From the NCBI GenBank assembly GCA_965231215.1, contig OZ246423.1, positions 512,001 through 576,000 on the forward strand: 64,000 bases of DNA, given 5' to 3'. The DNA is from Candidatus Altimarinota bacterium. Lineage in GTDB: Bacteria > Patescibacteriota > Gracilibacteria > UBA4473. Positions 1 to 9,687 of this stretch are shown here, piece after piece; within the stretch, counting starts at the first letter, position 1, and each line of letters opens with the position of its first letter. The position numbers were made by a program, and so were the translations under genes. A model generated the notes under the pieces. The model worked only from the letters and a program-made list of their open reading frames with translations. It had not been told where the DNA came from and did not search any database.

Positions 1-117
1 AAACCCAAGATTTCTGGGGATGGAAAATTTAGCCTATAGTATAGAAGATTTAGAGGGACTCAATGTGATAAACATGTCAGTATCAGTCTTCGCCTTCTCG
101 CAAACAAGTCTCCCATA

Positions 118-1350
118 ATGAATCACCACTCGCCTTCACCCCATAATCATGCACATCACAAGCCCTCGGCCCCTAAAAAGGAAGCCCAGCTCGATTTTTG
201 GACGTATGTAAAAAACCCAAAAATTAGACCGGTGATTTATGGCGTCACCAACAGGCAAAATGATCCTTGGTATGCAAAACTGAATGATTTGTTGCTTGAT
301 CACCAATCATTAGCGCTCAAGGACAAATCTAGATTTTTTCATTCATTGAAATTACTTGTAAATTCAGGGGTTCAATTTATACGAGCACTAGAAATGCTCT
401 CTGAGCGAACCAAGCATGTACGTTTCTCCCGTATTCTTAAAACCATTGCCTACGACATGGAACACAATGGGATGGCTTTTTCTGAAGCTATTCAGAAGTA
501 CCCACCTATATTTTCGCAGTCAGAAGTAAAAATGATTTATTCTGGAGAACTCACTGGAAAAATTGATAAAACTCTAGAGTCAATTGCCACTCAATTGCAA
601 AAAAATATTGAGCTAGAAATGAAGGTGCGCTCTGCCTTAATGTATCCGGCCACCGTCATGGTCGCTATTGTCTTAGCTGGAGCCGCCGTGATGCTCTTTA
701 TCGTACCTAAACTTAGTGGTCTGTTTAATGAGTTTGGAGCCGAGCTTCCATTCGCTACGAAGCTTCTCGTAGGCATGTCTAACTTCATGGTTAGTTTTTG
801 GTGGCTCCTGCTATTTATGGCAATGGCTACTTACTTTGGCTTTACCAACTGGCGTAGAAGCGAAGAAGGCAAGCGTAAGTGGGATAGGCTTATGGTTACC
901 CTCCCTATTGTTTCGCCTATCGTGAATCACATCCAAACCGTTCGGATTAGTAGTAACTTTGCAACACTGATGGAGTCTGGAATTCCGCTTAACAAAGCCC
1001 TTAGAGTGTTAGCTGAAATTGTTCCTAATTCGGTGATATCAGACGCTCTCTTCAATATTGAAGTTGAAGTACGAAAAGGGAGTCCGCTACATGAGTCTTT
1101 TCTTCGTCAAGAAGTCCTTGATCCAGTCATAGGAGAGATGGTAGAAGTAGGAGAAAAAACTGGACAAATAGCGCCTGTACTAAAAAAACTCGGCGAACAA
1201 TATGACCTAGAAGTTGAAGCGCAACTCAAAAATCTTTCTACCGTGATTGAACCCCTCATTATTTTGGTAGTAGGGTTGGCCGTTGTCTTTATGATGTTTG
1301 CAGTACTGACGCCGATATTCCAGATGCAACAGCTATTTTCTACCACCTAA
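118..1350 (+). CDS. pilC: Type IV pilus assembly platform protein PilC (T2SS F family)
   Basis: Two GspF-like repeats (SGELTGKID..., VGEKTGQIA..., LIEPLII) with TM helices; lies upstream of prepilins. Confidence 0.9.
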   Translation: MNHHSPSPHNHAHHKPSAPKKEAQLDFWTYVKNPKIRPVIYGVTNRQNDPWYAKLNDLLLDHQSLALKDKSRFFHSLKLLVNSGVQFIRALEMLSERTKHVRFSRILKTIAYDMEHNGMAFSEAIQKYPPIFSQSEVKMIYSGELTGKIDKTLESIATQLQKNIELEMKVRSALMYPATVMVAIVLAGAAVMLFIVPKLSGLFNEFGAELPFATKLLVGMSNFMVSFWWLLLFMAMATYFGFTNWRRSEEGKRKWDRLMVTLPIVSPIVNHIQTVRISSNFATLMESGIPLNKALRVLAEIVPNSVISDALFNIEVEVRKGSPLHESFLRQEVLDPVIGEMVEVGEKTGQIAPVLKKLGEQYDLEVEAQLKNLSTVIEPLIILVVGLAVVFMMFAVLTPIFQMQQLFSTT

Positions 1351-1358
1351 AGTAAAGG

Positions 1359-1844
1359 ATGAAAAGACGTTATAAAAAAACCGGATTCTCTTTGGTGGAG
1401 TTACTCGTAACCGTTACCATCATTGGTCTTATTACAGCTATTGCTGCTCCTAGTTATCTTGAATACTACCGAAAAACAAACCTCGATAATGCGACAAAAC
1501 TGCTACAAGCCAGCCTCAATGAAGGCTTTTCTAAAAGTCGATCCCAAGCCCATCACTACGAAGTCTCTGGCGAAAAAGATCAGCCCTTTTTTGTAATTAA
1601 AAAATGCGAGGATAAAACCTGTAGTTCTACTACAGCGCTCTATTCTTTAGCTCAAACGACTTTCCCAGGAGATGTACAGATAATTTCTGAGGCCTTTCGT
1701 ATTCGATTTTTAGCGCCTCATGGAGACCTCGAATTTCCAGATGATGCGAGCCTTGAACATCTCACTATAACACTCAAGACCCATCACTATGATTCTCGAA
1801 CCAAAATATACAAAAATTCAGGTCTTATTGAACGCCTTCCCTAA
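1359..1844 (+). CDS. Type IV minor pilin (FimT/FimU-like)
   Basis: Prepilin motif G|FSLVELLVTVTIIG. Confidence 0.85.
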   Translation: MKRRYKKTGFSLVELLVTVTIIGLITAIAAPSYLEYYRKTNLDNATKLLQASLNEGFSKSRSQAHHYEVSGEKDQPFFVIKKCEDKTCSSTTALYSLAQTTFPGDVQIISEAFRIRFLAPHGDLEFPDDASLEHLTITLKTHHYDSRTKIYKNSGLIERLP

Positions 1845-2569
1845 TGTTTCTAAAAATTTTAAGCTCCAAGAACTTACAAAACTCAAACCAAAAAAGTTTG
1901 GGAACGAGTACTTATAATTTGATAGTTTCAAAAACAAGAAATTTGAAGAAATATAAAAATAACACAGATAAGTGTATGAATTCTATACACGATCGAAGCT
2001 CTTTTTTTACTAACAATAAAGTGCGCCGTTTTTCAAATCATCAAAAAGGATTTACGCTTATTGAAACTATCGTTGTGATGGTCATCCTGGCCGTCGCTAT
2101 GTCGGGGGCTCTATACATTTTGAGTACTATTCTTTTTGCCACGGAAAAAAACCAATACCGACTCACCGCTGTATACCTAGCTCAAGAATGCGCTGAGCTT
2201 GGACGAAACGTGAGGGATACTGCGTGGAAAAAGAAACTTCCCTGGGATTGTGCCTTTAATGGCCTTGGGCTCAATACCCCTATGACCATTGCGCCTGATC
2301 ACAATCATTCAGCACCTCCAGTATGTGGACATAATTTTGGGATACACTTTCAACAAAGTCTCAGTCTAGACGACCAAAAACTCTACCAACAGGGAAGTCT
2401 TATTAACCACAACCACAGTGGAGACGCATTAAAATTTAGACGATTCTTGGAAGTTACCGCCCAAACCAACGATCAAATACAATTTGACTGCGAGGTAAAT
2501 TGGGAATTTCGCGGAAATCTGGAAAAAACCAGCATTAGCTCTGTACTCACTAACTGGCGCAAAGAATGA
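1844..2569 (+). CDS. Type IV minor pilin (PilV-like); start uncertain (1844, 1976 or later)
   Basis: G|FTLIETIVVM motif and A..LAQE..E..RN.RD signature. Confidence 0.8.
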   Translation: MFLKILSSKNLQNSNQKSLGTSTYNLIVSKTRNLKKYKNNTDKCMNSIHDRSSFFTNNKVRRFSNHQKGFTLIETIVVMVILAVAMSGALYILSTILFATEKNQYRLTAVYLAQECAELGRNVRDTAWKKKLPWDCAFNGLGLNTPMTIAPDHNHSAPPVCGHNFGIHFQQSLSLDDQKLYQQGSLINHNHSGDALKFRRFLEVTAQTNDQIQFDCEVNWEFRGNLEKTSISSVLTNWRKE

Positions 2570-3090
2570 AACACAAGCACACCGGTTTCAGCCTCGTAGA
2601 GCTATTGGTAGCGATGGTTATCACCGGTATTATGTTTACCTCTGTAACCGCTAGCTATTGGCTTTTTCTCCAAAGCCACCTAAAAGCCGAAAACACACGA
2701 CTCTTACAACAGGAAGTTCGTTTTGCCATGACTCGTATCACTGACAAAGTCAGAGCCTACAACCTCCACTACACTGAATATCAAACGGGGGGGAATTGCG
2801 GCCCTAATCTTAACCAGAACGAAGTACTCTGCTTGCAGGGATATCATTTCAAAAAACAGGGAGATAATGTCCTTATGAATGATCAACCCCTGTTTTCAGA
2901 TAATCGCGTCATGGTGGATTCTGTGTTCTTTGATTTTTCACCTGCCCAAGATCCACTAAAAAATCTTGCTAATCCAGATCTACAAATACAACCAAAGGTA
3001 ACCATTTACCTACGAGTGAAATCGAAGTTTTACCAAGAAGTTCAATTCCAAGCCCAGACCACTATTTCTAGCCGCCAATATCGAAACTAA
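2566..3090 (+). CDS. Type IV minor pilin (PilW-like)
   Basis: G|FSLVELLVAM; C-terminal QPKVTI...QTTISSR; ATGA overlap with the upstream gene. Confidence 0.85.
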   Translation: MKHKHTGFSLVELLVAMVITGIMFTSVTASYWLFLQSHLKAENTRLLQQEVRFAMTRITDKVRAYNLHYTEYQTGGNCGPNLNQNEVLCLQGYHFKKQGDNVLMNDQPLFSDNRVMVDSVFFDFSPAQDPLKNLANPDLQIQPKVTIYLRVKSKFYQEVQFQAQTTISSRQYRN

Positions 3091-3920
3091 TGGAAAAAAA
3101 ATTAGCTAAAAACGCCTCCAAAAAACAGCGCGGTTCAGCCCTGTTGTTAGCGGTATTGCTTTCTGGGCTCATGCTTACAATTGGACTGAGTGCTACCCAA
3201 ATGCTACTCAAAGAGATAACCGCTTCAGCGGATCTAATGATGTCTGAAAAAGCCTATTTCAGTGCTGAAGCTGGAGTGGAAAAGTCACTTCTCTGGCTCC
3301 GTAATAATCCTATAGAACATCTAGAAGATCATACCGAAAACATTGGACCAGAAGCAGAAGTAAACATCAATATTATTAACCGCATAAATGCCGTTCCAGG
3401 AGATGCTATCCCTAATGCATTTACCTTCACCCTAAATCCATTACAGAATCAAAAATTTAGGCTTCAAGTTGATCAAGATGAAAATCTCGGTGTAAATGTA
3501 CAACCCATCAACAATCTAAAGCTGGATATCACTCCTGAAAGTGGCAGCCCCAAATTTAACTGGAAGATTTTGTGTAAAGATTCAGCAGGAAAAACCCTCG
3601 CCCTTCAAAAAACCGAAACCTCTAACCCGGCAGGAAATAACTTCCTCAATAAAATTGGAAACTTAGATGATGGGGGAACGACCAACTTTAATGGATGGTC
3701 AGGTATAGACAAAACTACTTGTTTTTTCTCTATTCAAAACCTAGCTACAGCTTCAGCCGAATTTAGATTTTATGAATCTCCAACCGCTCCTCACAAAGCC
3801 ACGGTAACCACTATTGGCAAAAGCGGAAACCGACAAAAAATTACGGCCTTTGACTACGCTCAAAAAAACCTCGGGTCACTCTTTGACTTTGGCATCCTTC
3901 ACACGGAACAGGGGTTATAG
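3090..3920 (+). CDS. PilX-like minor pilin
   Basis: QRG|SALLLAV (no Glu+5) and AYFSAEAGVE, typical of the PilX N-terminus. Confidence 0.8.
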   Translation: MEKKLAKNASKKQRGSALLLAVLLSGLMLTIGLSATQMLLKEITASADLMMSEKAYFSAEAGVEKSLLWLRNNPIEHLEDHTENIGPEAEVNINIINRINAVPGDAIPNAFTFTLNPLQNQKFRLQVDQDENLGVNVQPINNLKLDITPESGSPKFNWKILCKDSAGKTLALQKTETSNPAGNNFLNKIGNLDDGGTTNFNGWSGIDKTTCFFSIQNLATASAEFRFYESPTAPHKATVTTIGKSGNRQKITAFDYAQKNLGSLFDFGILHTEQGL

Positions 3921-4976
3921 CAATTTATCCTGTTCAAAATTATCCTTCCCTTCTAATTGGGAAACCTTATCAATTTGGTTTTGTAGTTTTTGATTTTCTG
4001 ATTGAACATCCAACATTTTGGTATTGGCATTCCCCAAATGCTTGGCCAAAACTCCCAGTCCTTCATCTAGCCGTTCAGCTTGCGATTTAACAGCTGTAAG
4101 TTCAGCCAAAGCTCTCTGAGCTTCTTTAGCAAATTCTTGGCTTCTATAAGCATGCAAAATCACTTGTAAGACATGCACTATCGTATTAGGCCCAGTAAGT
4201 AATATTTTCTTTTCCCGGGCATGCTCGTAAATATCGCGCGATCTCACCGCCGCTTCGTAGTAAATATTCTCATTAGGCAGAAACAGTATCGCAAAATCTA
4301 AAGTTTCAGACTCCGGACGAATATATTTAGACACATCATTAATGTGTTTCTTCATGTCTGACAAAAATTGTTTTTGCGCTACTTCACGTTGTTCATCGGT
4401 TTCCGATTCTACAATCGCTTCAAAAGCGGGTAATGGAAACTTAGCATCTATAGGGATAAGTCCATTACTGGTTCGGATGATACAATCTACCACCATCCCG
4501 GTTCCTAGACTGTACTGACGTTCCCAGAGAGAAGCTGGAAGCACATTTTTTAAGATTTCTTCTAGGCTTTCTTCCCCCATATTCCCTCGTCCTTTTGGCG
4601 CTCGCAGAACTTTATCTAAGCTTTCAATTTTAGACCCGATCTCTCCCATCTTTCCTAACTCTTTCTGAAGGTGACCGATAACGCTCGAAGATTTATCTAA
4701 ACGTTCATTGAGTTGCTTAGATGATTCTGACAGCTTGGTATCTACGGTACGATTTACGCGATGAAATTCTTCTCGAAGCGATTTTGAGTTTTCTCGAAGC
4801 TCATTCCGCAGACTCTCCTGTTCTCTGTACCGATCCTCTCTATCACGGTGAAAGGTGTCCAGCATTTCTCGCATCTCTTGGTTATCTTCTGACCCTTGGT
4901 TTTGTTTCCATAACAAAAAACCAATAATCACAAAACTAAACACCATTACCGCTCCCATAAAAATTTCTACGTCCAT
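3915..4976 (-). CDS. rmuC: DNA recombination protein RmuC
   Basis: N-terminal TM, coiled coil, RGNMGE..LE and IDAKFP motifs. Confidence 0.9.
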   Translation of the reverse strand: MDVEIFMGAVMVFSFVIIGFLLWKQNQGSEDNQEMREMLDTFHRDREDRYREQESLRNELRENSKSLREEFHRVNRTVDTKLSESSKQLNERLDKSSSVIGHLQKELGKMGEIGSKIESLDKVLRAPKGRGNMGEESLEEILKNVLPASLWERQYSLGTGMVVDCIIRTSNGLIPIDAKFPLPAFEAIVESETDEQREVAQKQFLSDMKKHINDVSKYIRPESETLDFAILFLPNENIYYEAAVRSRDIYEHAREKKILLTGPNTIVHVLQVILHAYRSQEFAKEAQRALAELTAVKSQAERLDEGLGVLAKHLGNANTKMLDVQSENQKLQNQIDKVSQLEGKDNFEQDKLL

Positions 4977-5020
4977 AGTATGGAGATTTTAGATTAAAAA
5001 TTGGGAATTGAAAATACTTA

Positions 5021-5353
5021 TTAACTCCTCGGTAAAGGCGAAGCTTCAGAAACAAACATAATAATGGTACCCAAAAAAACTAATCCCAGAACAATCATTA
5101 CAAACCAACCGAAAATATTACAAGTATCGAGCAAAAACTCTCCAGCAAGCTCCCACCAATAATCCTGAAAAATTTCTTCATCTAAATCATCTATTGGTGC
5201 ACGCAATCTAATCTTTAAGGCCATAATATCAATGATAGCCCAAATCCATATCAGATTTAACACTATGAGAAAAAAGACCCCTGAGAATTTCAGTTTCTTA
5301 GCAAAAACCAACAAGGTTATCTCTGTAGCTTTCCAACAATTTTTAAGATACAT
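5021..5353 (-). CDS. Hypothetical membrane protein
   Basis: 110-aa ORF with two hydrophobic segments. Confidence 0.5.
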   Translation of the reverse strand: MYLKNCWKATEITLLVFAKKLKFSGVFFLIVLNLIWIWAIIDIMALKIRLRAPIDDLDEEIFQDYWWELAGEFLLDTCNIFGWFVMIVLGLVFLGTIIMFVSEASPLPRS

Positions 5354-5411
5354 AAGATACTATTCTAATTTTTTAAAAACTATAGAATTTTTAACCCATT
5401 GTAAATAGTAG

Positions 5412-5437
5412 AAAAAATCCGCCTTTCGGCGGATTTT
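5412..5437 (-). terminator. Intrinsic terminator after rpsI
   Basis: Minus strand reads AAAATCCGCC-GAAA-GGCGGATTTTTT. Confidence 0.85.
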
Positions 5438-5476
5438 GGTAATTGAACATTGATAGTTGAAACTTTGATACCCGTA

Positions 5477-5875
5477 TTAACGTTTCGCCCATTGCGGTGA
5501 ACGTCGAGCTTTTTTCAACCCTGGTTTTTTACGTTCTTTAGTTCGAGAATCTCGTGTAAGGAACCCTTCTCCTTTAAGTTGTTCTCGGTAACTTGGGTCT
5601 TTTTTTACAAGCGCCCGAGCGATTCCAAGTCGGATAGCGTCAGCTTGAGCTTGTTTTCCTCCTCCTCGAGTAATGATTTCAAGATCTAGATCTTTTTTTA
5701 TTCCAAGGAGTTCAAGTGGTTGTTGAATAGTATGTACCATTTCTTCATTATCTGCCCATTCTCGGAGTTTTTTTCCGTTAATACTGAGTTCACCAGATCC
5801 TTCTGGGTAAAGTCTTACAGTAGATACTGCGTTCTTTCTTTTTCCGTTTGCGTAAAAATAAGCGCTTTTAGCCAT
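5477..5875 (-). CDS. rpsI: 30S ribosomal protein S9
   Basis: GKRKNAV, GGGKQAQA, ERKKPGLKKARRSPQWAKR. Confidence 0.98.
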   Translation of the reverse strand: MAKSAYFYANGKRKNAVSTVRLYPEGSGELSINGKKLREWADNEEMVHTIQQPLELLGIKKDLDLEIITRGGGKQAQADAIRLGIARALVKKDPSYREQLKGEGFLTRDSRTKERKKPGLKKARRSPQWAKR

Positions 5876-5883
5876 AATAATTC

Positions 5884-6321
5884 TTATAGATTAGGGAGAG
5901 GTTCTGGGTTTTGAGCCGCGTGAGGATTTTCTGATCCCACAACCAAATGCAAACGACGCATTTGAGGCTTTCTAAGTTTAGTCTTTGGAAGCATTCCAGA
6001 AACCGCTTCTTCCAGCATTCGTTTAGGGGATTTTTCTCTAACTTCTTTAAGTGAAGCTACTTTTAATTTCCCAAGAAATCCTGAATGTCGGTAATATTTT
6101 TTAGATTCTTCTTTGTTGCGACTAACCACTACTTTTTCTGCATTAAGCACAATCACATGATCCCCTCCGTCGCTGTGTGGTGTGAAATCTACACGATTTT
6201 TCCCTCGAAGCACATTAGCGATAGTTACCGCTAGGCTGCCTAAAGTTTTACCTTCAGCATCTACTACAAACCATTTTCGGTCTGCGTTTTTAACGTTCTG
6301 TCTAAGCGTTGTCTTTTGCAT
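5884..6321 (-). CDS. rplM: 50S ribosomal protein L13
   Basis: RKWFVVDAEG, FTPHSDGGDHVIVLNA. Confidence 0.98.
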   Translation of the reverse strand: MQKTTLRQNVKNADRKWFVVDAEGKTLGSLAVTIANVLRGKNRVDFTPHSDGGDHVIVLNAEKVVVSRNKEESKKYYRHSGFLGKLKVASLKEVREKSPKRMLEEAVSGMLPKTKLRKPQMRRLHLVVGSENPHAAQNPEPLPNL

Positions 6322-6324
6322 TAT

Positions 6325-6681
6325 TTAGTCTTGAATAAGTTCTACTAGTACCATATTTGAAGCATCCCCAGCTCGCACACGAGTTTTGGTCTGACGAGTG
6401 AAACCGGAAGTCTTTTTGGTTCCTTCAGCATAGGCGAGAGCTTTTTTTGAAGCGCTTTCTGTGAAGATTACTTGTTTGAGATCACGAATAGCGTTGTACT
6501 TGTGTTCTCTCGATTTAATCTTGGTAATAAGCTTCTCAGATTCACTCGCTAGAGCTTTAGCTCGGCTATCGGTGGTTTCTACTTTTCCGTTTTCAAACAG
6601 AGAAGTAAGAAGGTTTCGGACCATTGCTTTTCGTTGATCAGCTGGTCGATTCAAAATCGCTTTGTTATTTCGGTGTCTCAT
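6325..6681 (-). CDS. rplQ: 50S ribosomal protein L17
   Basis: MRHR...RKAMVRNL, SGFTR, RAGDAS. Confidence 0.97.
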   Translation of the reverse strand: MRHRNNKAILNRPADQRKAMVRNLLTSLFENGKVETTDSRAKALASESEKLITKIKSREHKYNAIRDLKQVIFTESASKKALAYAEGTKKTSGFTRQTKTRVRAGDASNMVLVELIQD

Positions 6682-6683
6682 GA

Positions 6684-7715
6684 TTAGTTGGTAGGTTCTT
6701 CTACAGTTTCTGTTTGAGGGGCTGGAGGCATTCCAGCTCCTGGAGTGTATCCTCGTTCTCGAAGTACTTGCTCAAGCTCAGTTTTGGCTTTTTGTCCAAA
6801 CCCTCGAAGTTGAGTGAGTTGGCTCATGGGCGTTTTGAGGAGTTCTTCAACAGAAGTAATACCTCCGTTTACTAGAGCATTAAGCGTTCTCTGAGAGAAT
6901 CCAAGAATATCAATAGGCGTGAAAGACTCTTCAGCTGCGGCTACATTGGCTTGACGCTCGGCATCTTCTTTCGCTTTGATAGCAGAGAAGCTAGTTGTAA
7001 AGTCTTCATCGGTATAGGCGTCTTTTTCATTGAAAAGACCAAAGTAGCTTTGCAGAATTTCAGCGGCTAATTTAAGCGCATGTTCGGCTTCTAGGCTTCC
7101 GTCTGTAAGCACTTCAAGTTTCAGTTGATCTAGGTTTGTTTGATCCCCTACACGGGCAGGAGTTACTTCGTACTTTACTCGTTTTACAGGAGAGAAGTTT
7201 GCATCAACTAATACAAATTCTGGATCGGCCTCTTTGGCATTGTCTTCGTTTGAAATAATTCGGTATCCCACTCCTTTTTCTACTCGCAGTTGAATTTTTT
7301 TCTTACTGTCAGCTCCATCACAATGACAGATAATCTGACTTGGGTCTAAAATTTCAATATCACTAGAAACTTTAAGATCTTTGGCCGTAACGGTTCCTTT
7401 TTTTACGAGAGGAATTTCAATGGTTTCTGGATCTTTTGAGTGTTTTTTAAGACCTAATTCACGAACGTTCAAAATAAGATCTAGAACTGATTCATGAATC
7501 CCTGGAATTGTAGTATATTCATGGGTAGCTCCTGTAATCTTAACAGCCGTTACAGCTGTTCCAGGCAAACTTGAGAGAAGCACTCTTCTCAAGGCATTTC
7601 CCAGCGTCATTCCAAACCCTGAAGGAAGCGGGTTCACTACTAATGTAGCTGTATTTTTACTATCACTAGTAATTTTTAGTTTTGGAACTCCGATGGTTTC
7701 ATGAAGAATGTGCAT
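6684..7715 (-). CDS. rpoA: RNA polymerase alpha subunit
   Basis: PLPSGFGMTLGNALRRVLLSS, DANFSPV, alpha-CTD. Confidence 0.98.
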   Translation of the reverse strand: MHILHETIGVPKLKITSDSKNTATLVVNPLPSGFGMTLGNALRRVLLSSLPGTAVTAVKITGATHEYTTIPGIHESVLDLILNVRELGLKKHSKDPETIEIPLVKKGTVTAKDLKVSSDIEILDPSQIICHCDGADSKKKIQLRVEKGVGYRIISNEDNAKEADPEFVLVDANFSPVKRVKYEVTPARVGDQTNLDQLKLEVLTDGSLEAEHALKLAAEILQSYFGLFNEKDAYTDEDFTTSFSAIKAKEDAERQANVAAAEESFTPIDILGFSQRTLNALVNGGITSVEELLKTPMSQLTQLRGFGQKAKTELEQVLRERGYTPGAGMPPAPQTETVEEPTN

Positions 7716-7742
7716 TTTAAAAAAGGGTAATGGAGTAAAAGA

Positions 7743-8357
7743 CTATCGAGAGTAGAACTCTACAATAGGTTGTGTGTTTATAAGGGGCTCAAAATGTTGG
7801 GCTTCTGGTAGACTCACAATCTCAATTTTAAGCGATTTCGTGCTGACGTCCAACCAACTTGGGACATCTACGTTGCTCAGTTCCTCAAGGTTTTGTTTAA
7901 ACACAGGGGAAGATTTTCGTGCAGATCGTACTTCGATCACGTCTCCTACCTTTACTTCAATAGACGGAACATCTGTACGTCGTCCATTAAATTCAAAAAG
8001 ACCATGAGAAACAAACTGTCTGGCTTGCATACGAGTGGTCGCTAAACCAGCTCTATAAATAACATTATCAAGTCGTCGCTCTAGAAGCTCAAGGAGCTTG
8101 TCCCCCGTAACGGCTTTTGACCTGTCAGCTTTATCAAAGTATTTTCTAAATTGTTTTTCAGACAGTGCAAACATTCGTTTAGCTTTTTGCTTTTCTCTAA
8201 GTTGTTTCGCGTATTCAGTCATTTTTCCCTGCCGTTTTCCACCATGCATTCCTGGAATGTTTGGATTTTGAGCAAGAATTTTTTGATACTTAGGAGACCC
8301 AAAGAGGTTTACTCCTTCTCTTCTACACTGTCTAGCTTTAGCTCCGGTATATCGCAT
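7743..8357 (-). CDS. rpsD: 30S ribosomal protein S4
   Basis: MRYTG, QLREKQK, LERRLDNV, VEFYSR. Confidence 0.98.
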   Translation of the reverse strand: MRYTGAKARQCRREGVNLFGSPKYQKILAQNPNIPGMHGGKRQGKMTEYAKQLREKQKAKRMFALSEKQFRKYFDKADRSKAVTGDKLLELLERRLDNVIYRAGLATTRMQARQFVSHGLFEFNGRRTDVPSIEVKVGDVIEVRSARKSSPVFKQNLEELSNVDVPSWLDVSTKSLKIEIVSLPEAQHFEPLINTQPIVEFYSR

Positions 8358-8378
8358 TAATAATAAATATTATAAAAT

Positions 8379-8759
8379 TTAAACTTTTCGCTGCCTTCGA
8401 GGACGACATCCTCCATGTGGCAATCGAGTTCGATCAGAAATTGAGGTAATTTCAAGGCCCCCATTCATAAGCCCTCGAACGGTTTGATCTCGTCCTGGCC
8501 CAACTCCTTTAATGTACACATCCACAGACTCCATCCCAAAATATTGAGCCTTTTCCGCTACATTTTCAGCCGAAACTTGCCCAGCGTAAGGGGTAGACTG
8601 TCGAGCGCCTTTAAATCCATGACTCCCTGGACTACTCCAAGCCAGGACATTCCCTTCTGGATCCGTAAGGGTCACGATGGTGTTATTATATTGGGCACGG
8701 ATGTATACTTTCCCGTGCTGGAATGACTTTCGAACTTTCTTTTTGGTAGCCATAGGCAA
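8379..8759 (-). CDS. rpsK: 30S ribosomal protein S11
   Basis: NNTIVTLTD, STPYAGQ, GPGR, PHGGCRP. Confidence 0.98.
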   Translation of the reverse strand: MPMATKKKVRKSFQHGKVYIRAQYNNTIVTLTDPEGNVLAWSSPGSHGFKGARQSTPYAGQVSAENVAEKAQYFGMESVDVYIKGVGPGRDQTVRGLMNGGLEITSISDRTRLPHGGCRPRRQRKV

Positions 8760-8777
8760 TTAAAAAATTATTACAGA

Positions 8778-9155
8778 TTATTTAGCAACTTTCTTTTTGT
8801 TAGCAATAGTTACTTTCTTCCCGCGTTTAGTACGAGAATTAGTTTTGGTTCTTTGCCCTCTTGAAGGCAGTTTTCTTCTATGTCGAAACCCTCGGTAAGA
8901 ACCGATGTCTTGAAGTCGTTTCACATTTTGAGAAATTTCACGACGAAGATCTGATTCCAGGATGTACCCATCATCAGTTACAACTTTTCGTAGTTTTTCT
9001 TCTTGATCAGTGCTTAGATCCTTTACACGAGTATTCCCATCAATCTTAGCCGAATTGCAAATATCTTCAGCTCGCTTTGGCCCTACACCATAAATGTAAG
9101 TAAGACTTATAATAAGTCTTTTTTCTGATGGAATATTGGTTCCTGCAATTCTCAT
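8778..9155 (-). CDS. rpsM: 30S ribosomal protein S13
   Basis: MRIAG, YRGFRHRRKLP.RGQRTKTN. Confidence 0.98.
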   Translation of the reverse strand: MRIAGTNIPSEKRLIISLTYIYGVGPKRAEDICNSAKIDGNTRVKDLSTDQEEKLRKVVTDDGYILESDLRREISQNVKRLQDIGSYRGFRHRRKLPSRGQRTKTNSRTKRGKKVTIANKKKVAK

Positions 9156-9175
9156 GAATATTTAGTAGGTAAAAA

Positions 9176-9316
9176 TTATTTTTTCTTTCGGCCTCCTTGT
9201 CGCGCCTTATTTCTAGGATTGCGTTTATCAATCACATACACCACCCCTCGTCGTCGAACGATTTGGCAGGTGGCACTTCTTTTTTTCGCAGATTTAAGTG
9301 ATGATAAAACTTTCAT
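9176..9316 (-). CDS. rpmJ: 50S ribosomal protein L36, zinc-independent (C-minus, YkgO-like) type; absent from the ORF track
   Basis: Manual translation [46 protein letters not shown], between infA and rpsM. Confidence 0.93.
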   Translation of the reverse strand: MKVLSSLKSAKKRSATCQIVRRRGVVYVIDKRNPRNKARQGGRKKK

Positions 9317-9318
9317 AA

Positions 9319-9549
9319 TTATTTTAAACGGTAAGTAATTCGACCAATTTCTAGATTGTAAGGAGAAATTTCTAATCGAACGATATCTCCTGGAACGATT
9401 TTGATGTAATGCATCCGAATCTTTCCTGACATTTCACCCGTAACTTTATGGCCTTCAAAGCCCTCGGTAGTCAACTCTATCAGGAATTTTGATCCTGGAA
9501 GAGATTCCAAAACTTTACCTTCGACTTCTATGTTTTCCTCCTTGGCCAT
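9319..9549 (-). CDS. infA: Translation initiation factor IF-1
   Basis: [32 protein letters not shown]. Confidence 0.97.
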   Translation of the reverse strand: MAKEENIEVEGKVLESLPGSKFLIELTTEGFEGHKVTGEMSGKIRMHYIKIVPGDIVRLEISPYNLEIGRITYRLK

Positions 9550-9579
9550 TGGCTTAAGTGCCTCTAAAAAAGCCGCGCG

Positions 9580-9607
9580 ATATTAATGAGGACAAACGCC
9601 TTGTCAA
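9580..9607 (-). promoter_or_regulatory. Sigma70-type promoter of the infA operon
   Basis: TTGACA-N16-TAATAT followed by GC-rich CGCGCGG discriminator. Confidence 0.65.
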
Positions 9608-9687
9608 CGTTTTTTTGGCTATTCTTTTAAAAACCCACAAAAAAGCACTCGACCAGCAACTTTTTTTACCTAAAATCTCGATCACCT

